DNA of 64,000 bases from Bdellovibrionota bacterium FG-1 (GCA_051382295.1 JBBCAW010000002.1:1-64000); one strand, 5' to 3'. Numbered from the stretch's first letter, positions 17,456 to 28,722 are shown. Program-made: numbers and translations. The notes: generated from the sequence alone by a model not told the origin.

Positions 17456-20215
17456 ATGGTTGACAAAAAGCGCCTAGGCGACCCTGCTCATACCCTTTAT
17501 TTGATCGATATCAGTTCGTTTATCTTTCGTGCTTTTTTCGCGATTCGCGCCCTTTCGAATCGGGCGGGTGAGCCGACCAACGCGGTTTACGGGGTGGCGA
17601 CGATGTTGGCTCGTTTGGTGGAGGAAGCCGAGCCCCAGCATCTTGCCGTTGTTTATGACTCCAAGGAGCCCTCTTTTCGCAAAGAAATTTATCCAGAGTA
17701 CAAGGCCAACCGCAGCGCCACGCCGGAGGATTTAATCCCGCAATTCGCACGGATTGAACAGTTGATTCAAGGTTTTAAGATGCACTCCTTTTACCATTCC
17801 GGCATGGAGGCTGACGACTTGATTGCCACGCTCGCCAAACGTTGGTGTGCGCTCTCCCCTAAAAATCGCGTCGTTATTGTTTCGAGTGACAAAGACCTCA
17901 TGCAGCTCGTGGAGGACCGCGTGGTCGAATGGGATACGATGTCGGGCAAAGTGTATCATTCAGCCGAAGTGCAGGAAAAACTCGGGGTACCCCCCGAGTC
18001 TGTGCGTGATTACTTGGGTTTGGTGGGGGATAGTTCGGACAATATTCCGGGTGTTCCCGGAGTAGGGCCCAAGACCGCACAAGAGCTACTGAAGCAATTT
18101 GGTTCTATCGACGCGATCTTACAGGCGGCTGAAAAGGGAGAAATCCCGGGCAAAAAGGGCGAGACTCTCAAATCTCATGCCCACTCCGCACGGCTTTCGG
18201 CGCAGCTCGCGACCTTGCATGATGATCTGAATGTCAAAGTGGATTTGGGGGATTTTGATTATCGGTTTCAGCTCACGCCCGCATGTATTCAGCTGCTGAC
18301 TGATTTGGATTTTCATACACTCGTTAAAAAATGGGCCAGCCAAGTCACCCCCCATGTGACCGCAAATGTCACCCTTCCGGTGGTTGAAGCTCCGTCTGCG
18401 GAAAATCGGTTTAGGTCCATTTGCACCGAAAAGGATTTTCAAAAACTCTTGGAGCAAATGGAGCAAGTCAAACAGTTCGGTTTTGATCTCGAAACCACTT
18501 CGTTGAATCCTCGGCAGGCAGAGCTTGTGGGGATCGCCATTTGTCCGTTCGTTGGCGAACCCGAGTACGGTTGTTATATCCCGGTCGGGCACCGCGCGAG
18601 TTTATCCGCGGGCGAACCTCATCAGTTGCAGCTCGACCCTGTTTTGAAACGGCTGAAGCCTTTCATTGAAGATCCTCGTTACAAGAAAATTGGGCAAAAT
18701 CTCAAATACGATTGGAGTGTTTTGTTCGAAATGGGCTTGAAGCCCTCCGGAATCGGGGCCGACACGATGGTGGCGGCTTATGTGATTGATCCCACGGGTC
18801 GTCATAATCTCGAGACTTTGGCGGCGCACTATTTGAGTTATCCCGTACAAACCTATGAAGAAGTCTGCGGAAAAGGCAAAGACCAGCTTTGTTTTGATGA
18901 ACTTTCGATTGAGGTGGCGACCCGATATTCAGCGGAGGATGCCTGGGTGGCGGTTAAACTTTGGCATGAGCTCGAGGCGAAGCTCAAGGCCGAGGGTTTG
19001 ATGGAAATATTTACGCGAGTGGATTTGCCTCTGGTGGAGGTGCTCGCAAAAATGGAACGCCACGGAGTTTGTATCGATGTGCCGTGGTTGAAAAAAATAT
19101 CCCACGAATTTGGCGTCGAGCTGAAACGAATTGAAGAACGAATCAGTGCTTTTACCGTGGGCCCGGTGAATTTGAATTCGCCTAAGCAACTCGCGCAACT
19201 TTTGTTTGAAGAACTCAAACTTCCGACGCAAACCAAAACTAAAACGGGGTATTCGACGGACGCCTCCGTTCTCGAGGCCTTGGCCCCGCTTCATGAAGTC
19301 CCTCGTTTACTTCTGGAATACCGCGAAATCTCCAAACTGAAGGGGACCTATGTGGATCCGCTGCCGGAACTCCGGGACCCTAAAGACGGCAAAATTCACG
19401 CAAGTTTTCATCAGACGGTGACGGCCACGGGCCGGTTGTCGAGTTCGGATCCCAATTTACAGAACATCCCCATCAAGTCTGAGCGGGGTCGAAAAATCCG
19501 GCGGGCTTTTATTCCGAGTGAAGGAAATTTATTGATTTCCGCAGATTATAGCCAAATTGAACTGCGAATTTTGGCTCATATGAGTGGCGATCGGGAGCTG
19601 AGTCGCTCCTTTTTGGCCGATGAGGATGTTCATCGCCGTACGGCAAGCGAGATCTTTGGAGTCCCAACGGACCAGGTCGATGATCGGAGTCGCGGCATTG
19701 CCAAGGCCATCAACTTTGGTCTGATGTATGGCAAGAGTGCTTTTGCCTTAGCACAGGAACTGGGAATTTCGCGTAAAGAAGCCGGTGAAATCATCGCCAA
19801 GTATTTTGAAAAATACAACGGCGTGAAACGCTATTTGGATCAATCGATTCAGGACGCGCGCGAAAAAGGCTATGCGATGACCTTGATGGGGCGTAAGCGG
19901 TTTTTGCCGGATCTTCAGTCTAAAAACCACGCCGTCCGGGGTTCTGCTGAACGAATGGCGATGAACACCCCGATTCAAGGGACCGCCTCGGATTTAATGA
20001 AGCTCGCGATGATTGAACTGGATCAACAACTCGTTAAGCGGGGATTTAAAGCGAAGCTCACGATTCAGGTGCACGACGAAGTCGTTTTGGATTGTCCTAG
20101 GAGTGAAGTCCCGGAAGTGAAGAAGTTGGTGTGCGATATCATGGAAAACGCGATGAAGCTTGACGTACCGCTTCGAGTGAATGCGGAGAGTGGTGAAAAT
20201 TGGATGGAGCTTTAG
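17456..20215 (+). CDS. polA: DNA polymerase I
   Basis: 5'-3' exonuclease (YKANR, EADD, GDSSDNIPGV), 3'-5' exonuclease DLET, polymerase motifs DYSQIELR, KAINFGLMYG, QVHDE. Confidence 0.99.
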   Translation: MVDKKRLGDPAHTLYLIDISSFIFRAFFAIRALSNRAGEPTNAVYGVATMLARLVEEAEPQHLAVVYDSKEPSFRKEIYPEYKANRSATPEDLIPQFARIEQLIQGFKMHSFYHSGMEADDLIATLAKRWCALSPKNRVVIVSSDKDLMQLVEDRVVEWDTMSGKVYHSAEVQEKLGVPPESVRDYLGLVGDSSDNIPGVPGVGPKTAQELLKQFGSIDAILQAAEKGEIPGKKGETLKSHAHSARLSAQLATLHDDLNVKVDLGDFDYRFQLTPACIQLLTDLDFHTLVKKWASQVTPHVTANVTLPVVEAPSAENRFRSICTEKDFQKLLEQMEQVKQFGFDLETTSLNPRQAELVGIAICPFVGEPEYGCYIPVGHRASLSAGEPHQLQLDPVLKRLKPFIEDPRYKKIGQNLKYDWSVLFEMGLKPSGIGADTMVAAYVIDPTGRHNLETLAAHYLSYPVQTYEEVCGKGKDQLCFDELSIEVATRYSAEDAWVAVKLWHELEAKLKAEGLMEIFTRVDLPLVEVLAKMERHGVCIDVPWLKKISHEFGVELKRIEERISAFTVGPVNLNSPKQLAQLLFEELKLPTQTKTKTGYSTDASVLEALAPLHEVPRLLLEYREISKLKGTYVDPLPELRDPKDGKIHASFHQTVTATGRLSSSDPNLQNIPIKSERGRKIRRAFIPSEGNLLISADYSQIELRILAHMSGDRELSRSFLADEDVHRRTASEIFGVPTDQVDDRSRGIAKAINFGLMYGKSAFALAQELGISRKEAGEIIAKYFEKYNGVKRYLDQSIQDAREKGYAMTLMGRKRFLPDLQSKNHAVRGSAERMAMNTPIQGTASDLMKLAMIELDQQLVKRGFKAKLTIQVHDEVVLDCPRSEVPEVKKLVCDIMENAMKLDVPLRVNAESGENWMEL

Positions 20216-21441
20216 ACCTTCTCCCAAAGCTCCAAAAACCGCTCCACCATTTTTGCTCGCGGCGTAGGAACAGGAAGTCTCATTTTTTCGAGCGAATCCC
20301 AAACTGCGGGTACTTGCCCAATATTCCATAGACCCTCGCGATCCAGCTCAGTGCCGAGCGCACAGGCGGGACGAAGGTGATGGATCGCACCATTGTAATC
20401 CGAACCCAGGACGACGGTGTCGGCTGGAAGCTCGGCGGTGAGTTCCGAATACTGTTGCCCGAGCGCCTGAATGCCGCCTTCGCAGGGCTGGGAAACCGGG
20501 GTCCCTTCGAGCATGTCTTCGCTCGGCACAAGGCCAATCATGCCACCGTTTTTCTTCATGGCCTGAATTTCCCAAGGCGCGATCCCTCGTTCCGCACCGA
20601 GGTATTTGCGCAACGTGGTGTGGGTATACAGGAGGGGCAAATGATGTTGTTCCTGCAACGCGATCATTGCATGAGTGGACTCGTCCGAAGCATGTGAAAG
20701 ATCGACCCAGACGTGACGGGTGATCAGCTCAGTCATGATGCGCTTGCCTTCGTCGGTCAGGCCGTTTCGGTTGAGGCGGACGCGCTTGTTAGGGTCTTCA
20801 TAGAGCGGGTGAAAAAGCTGGCTCAGCCAAGCCCAGGGCGACGAAAGGCCACGAATTCCTCGCAAAAAAGCCACGCCTCCATATTGGTCATCCGTGAGGT
20901 GTAACAACGTGACGATTCGGATTCCTTTTTGATCGATAAATTCTTGCAGGTCTTTTTCGGTTTCTAATATGCCGTCGGCGCCCTCGAGCGCGAGAATCAT
21001 CACGCGCTTTCCGGCTCCAAGCGCAGTACGGGCTTCGGCCGGGGTGCGAGCAATGATCCAATTGGGGTGACCGGCAACAAATTTTTCAGCCAACGCGATC
21101 TGCCTGCGAATGGAATTGCGACGCGAATTCGTCAAAAGGGGATGGGCGTAAAGGGTGGCGACCAGAATCCCGATTTCGGAACGATCCACCGTTTCTGGAT
21201 TCGTTTGCGAGCTCAAACGAGATTGCCAGTCCGTGGCGCGGAGGGGGCCCTCGAAATTCCCTCGAAATAACCATTCCATGCCTTCCTTCATGAATAAATG
21301 GGCATGAAGTTCGACCGTGAGTTGCTGGGGGTGGGGAGGGCTTGAAAAACTCGGGGGTGGCAATTGCGCGACACTCGCGCAGGAGGTGAGGGCGGCCATC
21401 ATGTTCAATCCGAAGAAGCACGAACCCAACGTTAAATTCAC
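20212..21441 (-). CDS. Membrane dipeptidase (M19 amidohydrolase) family lipoprotein
   Basis: ELHAH, LALEGAD, GLTDEG, VDLSHAS, GSDYNG; lipobox LTSC. Confidence 0.85.
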   Translation of the reverse strand: MNLTLGSCFFGLNMMAALTSCASVAQLPPPSFSSPPHPQQLTVELHAHLFMKEGMEWLFRGNFEGPLRATDWQSRLSSQTNPETVDRSEIGILVATLYAHPLLTNSRRNSIRRQIALAEKFVAGHPNWIIARTPAEARTALGAGKRVMILALEGADGILETEKDLQEFIDQKGIRIVTLLHLTDDQYGGVAFLRGIRGLSSPWAWLSQLFHPLYEDPNKRVRLNRNGLTDEGKRIMTELITRHVWVDLSHASDESTHAMIALQEQHHLPLLYTHTTLRKYLGAERGIAPWEIQAMKKNGGMIGLVPSEDMLEGTPVSQPCEGGIQALGQQYSELTAELPADTVVLGSDYNGAIHHLRPACALGTELDREGLWNIGQVPAVWDSLEKMRLPVPTPRAKMVERFLELWEKV

Positions 21442-21956
21442 AAGATCACCGCGCCAAAGGGGCGTCTGCCCATTTGTTTGAGCGTTTGAGTTCTAAATCG
21501 TAACCACGGTATTTGGGCCGCGCTTTGTGCCTGAAGTTGAAATTCGGTCGCGATCGGAAGGGCGCGGATCCAGGCGTTGGCCTGCTCGAGCGCCTCTTCG
21601 ATCAAGCAAAGGCAGGTATCGCTGTGGGGACCAGGGATTCGCGCATTGAGATCAAGCGTGCTTTCAATGAGTGATCGATAATGGGGATAGGCCCACAGAT
21701 GAAACTCCAGCATGGCAGGGAGCGTGAAGTCATGTACGGCCCCCTCGAGTTCAGCATAGGGGGACGAAAAACCGGTGTTTTTTGGGGCCTCGAACCAGAC
21801 AAGCTGAAAGCGGGGGGGCGGGAGTTTTTTCGCCAGCTCTTCGCCGCTTTCCTCGAGCATGTGCAAAAGGATTTCTTCACCAAAAAGCGCGGCCAAGCGC
21901 TGCAGGGTGTGAGCGTGGGCTTGGAGCATGAGAATAAGAAATTCGACGAGGCGCAC
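21438..21956 (-). CDS. Hypothetical protein
   Basis: ORF overlaps the next gene by 4 nt, consistent with an operon. Confidence 0.65.
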   Translation of the reverse strand: MRLVEFLILMLQAHAHTLQRLAALFGEEILLHMLEESGEELAKKLPPPRFQLVWFEAPKNTGFSSPYAELEGAVHDFTLPAMLEFHLWAYPHYRSLIESTLDLNARIPGPHSDTCLCLIEEALEQANAWIRALPIATEFQLQAQSAAQIPWLRFRTQTLKQMGRRPFGAVIL

Positions 21957-21966
21957 CCTTCGAAGT

Positions 21967-22674
21967 CTACCTCATTCTGCCCGAAAACAGGAATTTCCAA
22001 ATGGGGGGTGAGGGCGGTTCAGAAGGAGTGCCTGGCCATTGCTCGAGATTGAGCGCAATCTCGGTGGGCGTTTTAAAGTGCGGATGAATGACGGTGATCC
22101 ACCGGCCCTTCCAAAGCGAGTCCGTAGCCCCGCCCGAGGGGGACAGGGGGCTGCTTTCGGCAAAAAGCACCAGGCCAGAGGGCCAAAGCTGTTCGCCCAA
22201 TTTCTTGTCCCATTCCTCGGCTAGCGTGATTTCGACCCAGGTTTCAAGGGCCCAAAAGCTCCAACCTTGCGCGACGGCCTCGGCAGCAATGGCGTTTTCC
22301 CAGTGTCGATCAAAGCGCTCAAGTTTTGCGCGTTCAATGAAAGAAAAAAGCGCTTCGGGAAGCAGCCGGGTTCGTTTGCGCACGGGTTCTGTGCTGAAAA
22401 TTAAGTTCAGAAGAGTGTCTTCGAGTTTGAATGCACAGCGTAAATCGTAAAGGCGATTTTCCCATTTCCGAAGGGATTGGGTGGCGTCTTTGCGACCTAC
22501 CGCCAGGTAGCGGGATTTTTCTGCGTGAAGGAGGCGGCAAATTTCGCGAAGAATAGCCAGTCTTAAGAGGGTACCTTCAGGCAAGCCTTCAGCGTGACGC
22601 CATCGTTCGTTGTAGCGTTCAATGACATTCTGAAAATCTTTTTCGGGGTTGTCGGGGCCTAAAGACAGGGTCAC
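21967..22674 (-). CDS. Hypothetical protein
   Basis: ORF coupled to the upstream gene (GTGA overlap). Confidence 0.7.
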   Translation of the reverse strand: MTLSLGPDNPEKDFQNVIERYNERWRHAEGLPEGTLLRLAILREICRLLHAEKSRYLAVGRKDATQSLRKWENRLYDLRCAFKLEDTLLNLIFSTEPVRKRTRLLPEALFSFIERAKLERFDRHWENAIAAEAVAQGWSFWALETWVEITLAEEWDKKLGEQLWPSGLVLFAESSPLSPSGGATDSLWKGRWITVIHPHFKTPTEIALNLEQWPGTPSEPPSPPIWKFLFSGRMR

Positions 22675-23075
22675 AAAGGACCTCGGGAGCGAAAAATCCG
22701 GGTGCCTCCCGGTGTCGTGGGGGCAAGAGCAGGGGACGGCGGATGAACTCGCGGCTTTTTTTGCAGGTGGAGCAGCGCCTGCACCACCGTTGGATTATCC
22801 AAGGCGGGCTGGTATTCGGTGTTGTCCGAGCCGTAGGTGGTCTTGCCTGCGGGTTGAGCGGGTTGCGGAGGGATCGCGGGTTCCGCCGGAATAATAGGAA
22901 GACTGAGTCGCGTCGCTTTATCGAGCGAAGCCAGACAGCGAAAGCCATCCTGAGTGGCTTCACGCGCGAGCGCGCGAGGGTTTTCAAACCGCTGGGAAGG
23001 TGAAAGTAAGTGCTTAGCGAGTGCCGCGACTAACTTAAGCTCGGGATTGAGATTTTTGCCTAGCGGAGCGGCCAT
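22671..23075 (-). CDS. Hypothetical protein
   Basis: ORF overlaps both neighbours in a minus-strand run. Confidence 0.55.
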   Translation of the reverse strand: MAAPLGKNLNPELKLVAALAKHLLSPSQRFENPRALAREATQDGFRCLASLDKATRLSLPIIPAEPAIPPQPAQPAGKTTYGSDNTEYQPALDNPTVVQALLHLQKKPRVHPPSPALAPTTPGGTRIFRSRGPL

Positions 23076-23515
23076 ACTGAAAGCCCTTTCAAGGCAGAGA
23101 GATTGTTGCCAAGGTCCGATCGGGATGCCCCGACCCGCTCCAGTTTAAGAGTGGTGAGATTTTTTTTGAGCGCCCGCGCGGTTTCTTGGGGGATGCCCGG
23201 CGGGGTGTCATCGTGTTTGCCCATGCCTATGAGCAATAGATGATAGGTCACTCCTGCTCTTTGCAGGGGAAGGTAAGCGCACTCGCCCGGATTTCCGGTT
23301 AAAAATCCGCTTTTAAGGAGTCGCGAAATGGCTCCTTCAAAGCGCCAGTCGAGTAGACCGGCTAATCCTTGAAGCGGGCGCTCATCACTCGACAAAGTCG
23401 AAATGAGGGCGCCAATTTTTCCCTCGAACAGGGCTTGATCGGGATTGAGGGATTCAAGGCCATCGTCAGATTCAGAAGGAGCTGCGGCGGTGACTTTTTT
23501 GTTTTGAGCGACCAT
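23060..23515 (-). CDS. Peptidase M17 N-terminal-domain-like protein
   Basis: SDERPLQGLAGLLDWR..GAISRL...G..GE...LLIGMG. Confidence 0.7.
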   Translation of the reverse strand: MVAQNKKVTAAAPSESDDGLESLNPDQALFEGKIGALISTLSSDERPLQGLAGLLDWRFEGAISRLLKSGFLTGNPGECAYLPLQRAGVTYHLLLIGMGKHDDTPPGIPQETARALKKNLTTLKLERVGASRSDLGNNLSALKGLSVWPLR

Positions 23516-23606
23516 GGCTAGAGAAGATTTTACCGAAAACGAGGGTCGGAGGATAGTGAATTAAAATACCAGGGTTTTGTGGAAAGCGTGGGCTTTTTGA
23601 CGGTAT

Positions 23607-24047
23607 TCAGACCGCCGCTTTGAGGCCATTCTTAATCGCGTCTAAAATCCCATTGACGAATGAAGGACTATCCGCCGAGCCAAACTGTTTAGCCAGTTCA
23701 ATGGCTTCGTCGATCACCACCGAGGGAGGGGTGTCGGGAAAATTTTGCAGCTCGAAAGTCGCCATCCGCAACAAGTTGCGATCAATGCTGCTCATTCTGG
23801 AAATCTTCCAGTTAGCAGCATGTTTTTCTAGTAAAGCATCCAACGTAGGGAGTTCTCGCAAAGTACCGGCAACCAGTTCAGCCGTAAAGCCGCGAAGCTC
23901 GTCGGCGACCCGAAAATGATCAAAGTGTTTGTTGATCTCCTCAAGAATGGTCGTAGGGGTTAGAAGCGTTTTGACCGTTGAACCTGAGTCATAACGATAA
24001 AGAATTTGGAGGGCAGTTTCGCGAGCCTGGTGGCGAGAAGGTTTCAT
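23607..24047 (-). CDS. nusB: Transcription antitermination factor NusB
   Basis: RHQARETALQILY, DRNLLR, VVIDEAIELAKQFG, FVNGILD. Confidence 0.97.
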   Translation of the reverse strand: MKPSRHQARETALQILYRYDSGSTVKTLLTPTTILEEINKHFDHFRVADELRGFTAELVAGTLRELPTLDALLEKHAANWKISRMSSIDRNLLRMATFELQNFPDTPPSVVIDEAIELAKQFGSADSPSFVNGILDAIKNGLKAAV

Positions 24048-24538
24048 ACGTCCTTAAAAGAAAAAGTCAAACTATTGGGGTCGTCTTGATTGGCTTGCGG
24101 AATTTGGAGTTCGGCAACAAATTCTTCAACGTCGCGAAATTCGCGATAAACGGAGGCAAATCGGACATAAGCGACTTTATCGAGTTTAGATAGCTCAATC
24201 ATCACCATTTGACCGATCGTTTTACTGGGGATCTCCTTCAGTCCGTAGCTTTGAATTCGCCGTTCCATGCCGCGAACCAGTTCCTCGATCTTCTGCAAGG
24301 GAATCGACCGTTTTTCACAGGCCTTTTGGATTCCCTCGACGATTTTCGAGCGATCAAAGCTTTCTCGACGTCCATCTTTCTTGATCACGGCAGGCATGAC
24401 TTCTTCAACCCGCTCATAGGTTGTAAAGCGCCCCTCGCAGCGCTCGCAAGCGCGCCGTCGGCGGATCATGTCCCCGGGCTGGTTGAGCCGAGAGTCAATC
24501 ACCTTAGTTTCGAGTTCAGAGCAAAATGGACATTTCAC
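24044..24538 (-). CDS. nrdR: Transcriptional repressor NrdR
   Basis: MKCPFC, VIDSR, IRRRR.C..C, DKVAYVRFASVY. Confidence 0.98.
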   Translation of the reverse strand: MKCPFCSELETKVIDSRLNQPGDMIRRRRACERCEGRFTTYERVEEVMPAVIKKDGRRESFDRSKIVEGIQKACEKRSIPLQKIEELVRGMERRIQSYGLKEIPSKTIGQMVMIELSKLDKVAYVRFASVYREFRDVEEFVAELQIPQANQDDPNSLTFSFKDV

Positions 24539-24571
24539 TGCTAGGTCTACTACCCGATTTGACCTGGTGCT

Positions 24572-25876
24572 TCAAGGGTGAAAATAGACCGGAAAACTCC
24601 CACAGAGTTCCCGAACGGCCCCTCGAACCCTGGCGAGGGCCGGAGTGTCCCCCTTGGCCTTCAGAACTTCATGAATCCAGACAGCTATTTGCTTCATTTC
24701 AGAGGCGCCCATCCCGCGAGTGGTAATGGCCGGCACCCCGATCCGAATGCCGCTCGTCACAAAAGGACTGCGTTTTTCATTGGGAATCGTGTTCTTATTG
24801 ACCGTGATCCCAGCCAGGTCCAGCCAGGTTTCGGCATCTTTGCCCGAAATCGAACCATCGAGAGTTTGCGTAAGGTCGACCAACATGAGGTGGTTGTCAG
24901 TGCCATCGGTGACGAGCTTAAAACCCTGATGAATCAAGGAGTCAGCAAGAGCCTTGGCGTTCGCAATGACTTGCTTTTGGTAGCCGATGAAGCCTGGACT
25001 GAGCGCTTCACCAAAGGCCACGGCCTTGGCAGCGATCACGTGCATGAGGGGGCCGCCTTGAATTCCTGGAAAAATCTGTGAGTTGACGGCTTTGATTCGG
25101 TCGGCCGCTGTAGCCAACGTGCTACCGATCGCGGGGCCTTGGCCCGTGAGGATCAGTCCCCCGCGAGGGCCGCGCAGTGTTTTGTGGGTAGTCGAGGTGG
25201 TGTAGGTTGAATGGGGAATGGGGCTGGGATGAAGCCCTGCCGCCACCAGCCCTGCAATATGGGCCATATCGACCACAAAATAGGCGCCGTTTTCAGCCGC
25301 GATTTTCCCCATGGTCTCAAAGTCGATCGTACGTGGATAGGCGCTGGCGCCAGCCACCAGAACTTTGGGTTTTTCTTTTTTGACCAGATCTCGAATCAGG
25401 TCGTAATCGAGACGATGGGTTTCGGGATTGAGTCCGTAGGCTGCGACCCTGAACAGTCGGCCTGAAAAGTTGACGGGACTTCCGTGGGTGAGATGTCCAC
25501 CATGCGAAAGGCTCATGCCCACCATCGTATCTCCCGGTTGCATGAGCGCCAAATAGGCGGCCATATTGGCTTGCGAACCCGAATGGGGCTGGACATTCGC
25601 CGCTGGGGACCCAAAAAGCCGACAAACTCGGTCGATGGCCAGGGTTTCGACTTGGTCAACAAACTCGCATCCCCCATAGTAGCGTTTGCCTGGATAGCCT
25701 TCGGCATATTTGTTGGTGAGCTTCGAGCCTTGTGCCTCGAGCACCGCTTGGCTGACATAATTTTCAGAAGCGATCAGCTCTAAGCCCTCCTCTTCTCGAA
25801 CACTTTCTCGTTCAATAGCTGTAAAAATGGCTGGATCCGCGACACTTAAGTTGCGATTAAACTCTTGATGCGACAT
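24572..25876 (-). CDS. glyA: Serine hydroxymethyltransferase
   Basis: [33 protein letters not shown]. Confidence 0.99.
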   Translation of the reverse strand: MSHQEFNRNLSVADPAIFTAIERESVREEEGLELIASENYVSQAVLEAQGSKLTNKYAEGYPGKRYYGGCEFVDQVETLAIDRVCRLFGSPAANVQPHSGSQANMAAYLALMQPGDTMVGMSLSHGGHLTHGSPVNFSGRLFRVAAYGLNPETHRLDYDLIRDLVKKEKPKVLVAGASAYPRTIDFETMGKIAAENGAYFVVDMAHIAGLVAAGLHPSPIPHSTYTTSTTHKTLRGPRGGLILTGQGPAIGSTLATAADRIKAVNSQIFPGIQGGPLMHVIAAKAVAFGEALSPGFIGYQKQVIANAKALADSLIHQGFKLVTDGTDNHLMLVDLTQTLDGSISGKDAETWLDLAGITVNKNTIPNEKRSPFVTSGIRIGVPAITTRGMGASEMKQIAVWIHEVLKAKGDTPALARVRGAVRELCGSFPVYFHP

Positions 25877-25878
25877 CT

Positions 25879-26328
25879 TTAAACCTTTTCTAGTTGTGTG
25901 ATTTTATCGATGCGGGCTTGATGACGGGGGTCACCGCTAAAGGGCGTGTTGAGCCAAGTTTGAACAATTTCCGCCCCGTATTCGGGGGCTATGAAGCGCG
26001 AACCCAGACAAAGGACGTTGGCGTCGTTATGTTCGCGCGAAAGTCGGGCGCCGACTGGGTTTTCCACGACGGCGGCTCGGATTCCGGCAACCTTGTTGGC
26101 TGCGATGCTCATTCCGATTCCACTTCCACAAACCAAAACGCCTTGGGTGGCCGAGCCCGATACAATTTTTTCTGAAAGGGTTTTGGCAAAGTCGGGATAA
26201 TCCACTCGACCATTGCCCAGCGGTCCGAGATCTTCCCACTCCCAACCAGGCAGAGCTTGTTGAATGAAGCTTTTGAGAGCGACGCCGGCGTGATCTGAGG
26301 CAATCAACACGCGTTTGAGCGGGGTCAT
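25879..26328 (-). CDS. rpiB: Ribose-5-phosphate isomerase B
   Basis: [32 protein letters not shown]. Confidence 0.97.
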   Translation of the reverse strand: MTPLKRVLIASDHAGVALKSFIQQALPGWEWEDLGPLGNGRVDYPDFAKTLSEKIVSGSATQGVLVCGSGIGMSIAANKVAGIRAAVVENPVGARLSREHNDANVLCLGSRFIAPEYGAEIVQTWLNTPFSGDPRHQARIDKITQLEKV

Positions 26329-27662
26329 GTTTGAGAGTCTCCTGCGTTCAGTTTTCCGAATAAAAGGCTGGCGTTGGTGCCGCCAAAACCAAAGCTATTG
26401 GAAAGAGCAAAGTGGAGTTCTTTTTTGACTGTTTGATTGGCCGTGAAATCGAGGCCCAGTTCGATGCAGCCGGGGTCGAGGTTTTCGATGTTGATGGTCG
26501 GGGGAATTCGTCCGTCTCGAATCGCTAAAAGACAGAAAATCGCCTCAATGCCGCCGGCCGCGCCGAGCAAATGACCGGTCATGGATTTTGTCGAACTGAT
26601 GTGAAGATGTTTCGCGCTATTGGGAAAAACATTTTTAATGGCGCGAGCTTCTTCGATGTCGCCCGCTGGCGTCGAGGTTCCATGGGCGTTGATATAGCCC
26701 ACTTGCTCGGGCTGTATGTGGGCATCACGAAGGGCCATTTCCATGGACCTTCGGCCCCCTTCGCCTTCGGGGGCGGGGGTGGTCATATGGTACGCATCCC
26801 CGGAGAGACCGTAACCCACGATCTCCCCGTAGATTTTGGCACCTCTTTTTTTAGCATGTTCGAGTTCTTCTAAAACCAAGATCGCCGCGCCTTCACCCAT
26901 TACAAAGCCGTCACGATTTTCATCCCAAGGACGTGAGGCTTTTTCGGGGGCGTCATTGCGGGTCGAAAGAGCGCGCATGGCCGCAAATCCTGCGATTCCG
27001 AGTTTACAAATCACAGACTCCGCACCGCCCGCGAAGATAATATCAGCATCTCCTCGCTGAATTTGTCGAAAGCTTTCGCCTAAGCTATGAGCGCTGGAGC
27101 TGCACGCTGTGACATTGCAGAGATTGGGACCCTTCAAATTGAGTAAAATACTGAGCTGACCGGCAGCCATGTTGGGAATGACTTGGGGAATGAAAAAGGG
27201 GGTGACTCTTCGATAGCCTTTATTTAGAAATTCCGTGTGAACCGCTTCGATCTCAGGCAGACCGCCCATTCCTACGCCAATGTTCACACCCAAACGGGTG
27301 GGATCCAGGTGGGCACGGTGGAGGTCCAAGCCGGAGTCTTGATAGGCTTCAAGGCCGGCGGCCAAGGCAAAATGGACGTAGCGTCCCACTCGTCTCGCAT
27401 CTTTGGTGCTAGCAGCAACGGTCAGGGGGTCGCCTTGTTGCGAGGGTGTGGCGTGAGGAAAAAATGGACCCACGGGTCGGGTGACATCAAAGCCCCGGAC
27501 TTCACCTGCAATTTGAACCGGACAATCTTGGGTATCAAAAAGCGTAATTTTGCCGATGCCTGGTTTTCCTTCGAGGGCATTGGTCCAGGTTTCCGGAGCG
27601 GAAAGCCCTAAAGGCGAAACAGCACCCAGGCCAGTGACGACCACCCGACGCGATGAATCCAT
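26325..27662 (-). CDS. fabF: 3-oxoacyl-ACP synthase II
   Basis: RRVVVTGLG, TACSSS, NAHGTST, KSMTGHLLGAAG, NSFGFGG. Confidence 0.98.
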   Translation of the reverse strand: MDSSRRVVVTGLGAVSPLGLSAPETWTNALEGKPGIGKITLFDTQDCPVQIAGEVRGFDVTRPVGPFFPHATPSQQGDPLTVAASTKDARRVGRYVHFALAAGLEAYQDSGLDLHRAHLDPTRLGVNIGVGMGGLPEIEAVHTEFLNKGYRRVTPFFIPQVIPNMAAGQLSILLNLKGPNLCNVTACSSSAHSLGESFRQIQRGDADIIFAGGAESVICKLGIAGFAAMRALSTRNDAPEKASRPWDENRDGFVMGEGAAILVLEELEHAKKRGAKIYGEIVGYGLSGDAYHMTTPAPEGEGGRRSMEMALRDAHIQPEQVGYINAHGTSTPAGDIEEARAIKNVFPNSAKHLHISSTKSMTGHLLGAAGGIEAIFCLLAIRDGRIPPTINIENLDPGCIELGLDFTANQTVKKELHFALSNSFGFGGTNASLLFGKLNAGDSQT

Positions 27663-27675
27663 CCGCGTTTCTGCT

Positions 27676-27918
27676 TTAGTGATTTTGCTTGGAAGTGATG
27701 TATTTCACGACATCACCGACCGTCTTCATTTTTTCAGCGTCTTCGTCCGGAATATCGAGATCAAACTCTTCTTCCATCGTCATGACGAGTTCAACAATGT
27801 CGAGGCTGTCCGCACCCAGATCATCGATGAATGAGGCCGGTTGAGTGACCTTTTCAGGTTCTACAGCGAGTTGATCACAGATAATGTTACGGACTCTTTC
27901 TTCAACAGAAGCGGACAT
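27676..27918 (-). CDS. acpP: Acyl carrier protein
   Basis: [14 protein letters not shown]. Confidence 0.98.
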   Translation of the reverse strand: MSASVEERVRNIICDQLAVEPEKVTQPASFIDDLGADSLDIVELVMTMEEEFDLDIPDEDAEKMKTVGDVVKYITSKQNH

Positions 27919-27954
27919 TCAATTCTCCTTGAAAATAAAAATCAAAAACCAAAA

Positions 27955-28722
27955 TCAAATATACATCCCACCGTTTACCCCGATCACCTGCCCAGTGATA
28001 TACCGGCTTGCCGGGGAGGCCAAAAAGGAGACGAGAGATGCAACATCTTCGGGAGCTCCTAATCTACCCAGTGGGACGCCGCGCAGAATCGCTTCTTTTT
28101 GAGCATCCGTCAAGACCCCAGTCATATCTGTTGAAATGTATCCGGGGGTGACCACATTGACGCGCACCTGCCGACTGCCCAGTTCACGAGCCACGCTCTT
28201 ACTAAATCCGATTAACCCGGACTTAGCCGCCGCGTAGGCGCTTTGCCCTGCGTTACCCATTTCAGCGATGACAGAAGAAATCTGAATGACGCTGCCTTCC
28301 CGGGCTCGCATCATTTGTTTGCAGGCCGCGCGGGTGCAGTAAATCGAACCTTTCAGGTCAATTGCCAAGATTTTATCCAGATCTTCATCCTTGAGCCGAA
28401 CTAGCAGTGAGTCGATCGTAATCCCCGCGTTATTGACTAAGACTTGGAGTGGACCGTAGGTTTTGCCAATCCATTCAATTTTTTCGTCGACAGCTTCTGA
28501 GTGCGACACGTCAAAACCGCAGAGTTCAGCCTGTCCGCCCTGCTTCCGTATGGAGTCAACCACTTCGCGGGCTTTGGTTTCGTTGGATGCATAATTGACT
28601 AAAACCCTATACCCATCTTGGGCCAGTTTATGCGCGATCACTGCCCCAATTCCTCGCGAAGCGCCGGTCACGAGCGCGGGACGAGGATGGGCGCCAAGTT
28701 CTGAGGTTGTTTGAGGGGTCAT
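27955..28722 (-). CDS. fabG: 3-oxoacyl-ACP reductase
   Basis: TGASRGIG, NNAGIT, YAAAK; fab operon context. Confidence 0.97.
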   Translation of the reverse strand: MTPQTTSELGAHPRPALVTGASRGIGAVIAHKLAQDGYRVLVNYASNETKAREVVDSIRKQGGQAELCGFDVSHSEAVDEKIEWIGKTYGPLQVLVNNAGITIDSLLVRLKDEDLDKILAIDLKGSIYCTRAACKQMMRAREGSVIQISSVIAEMGNAGQSAYAAAKSGLIGFSKSVARELGSRQVRVNVVTPGYISTDMTGVLTDAQKEAILRGVPLGRLGAPEDVASLVSFLASPASRYITGQVIGVNGGMYI

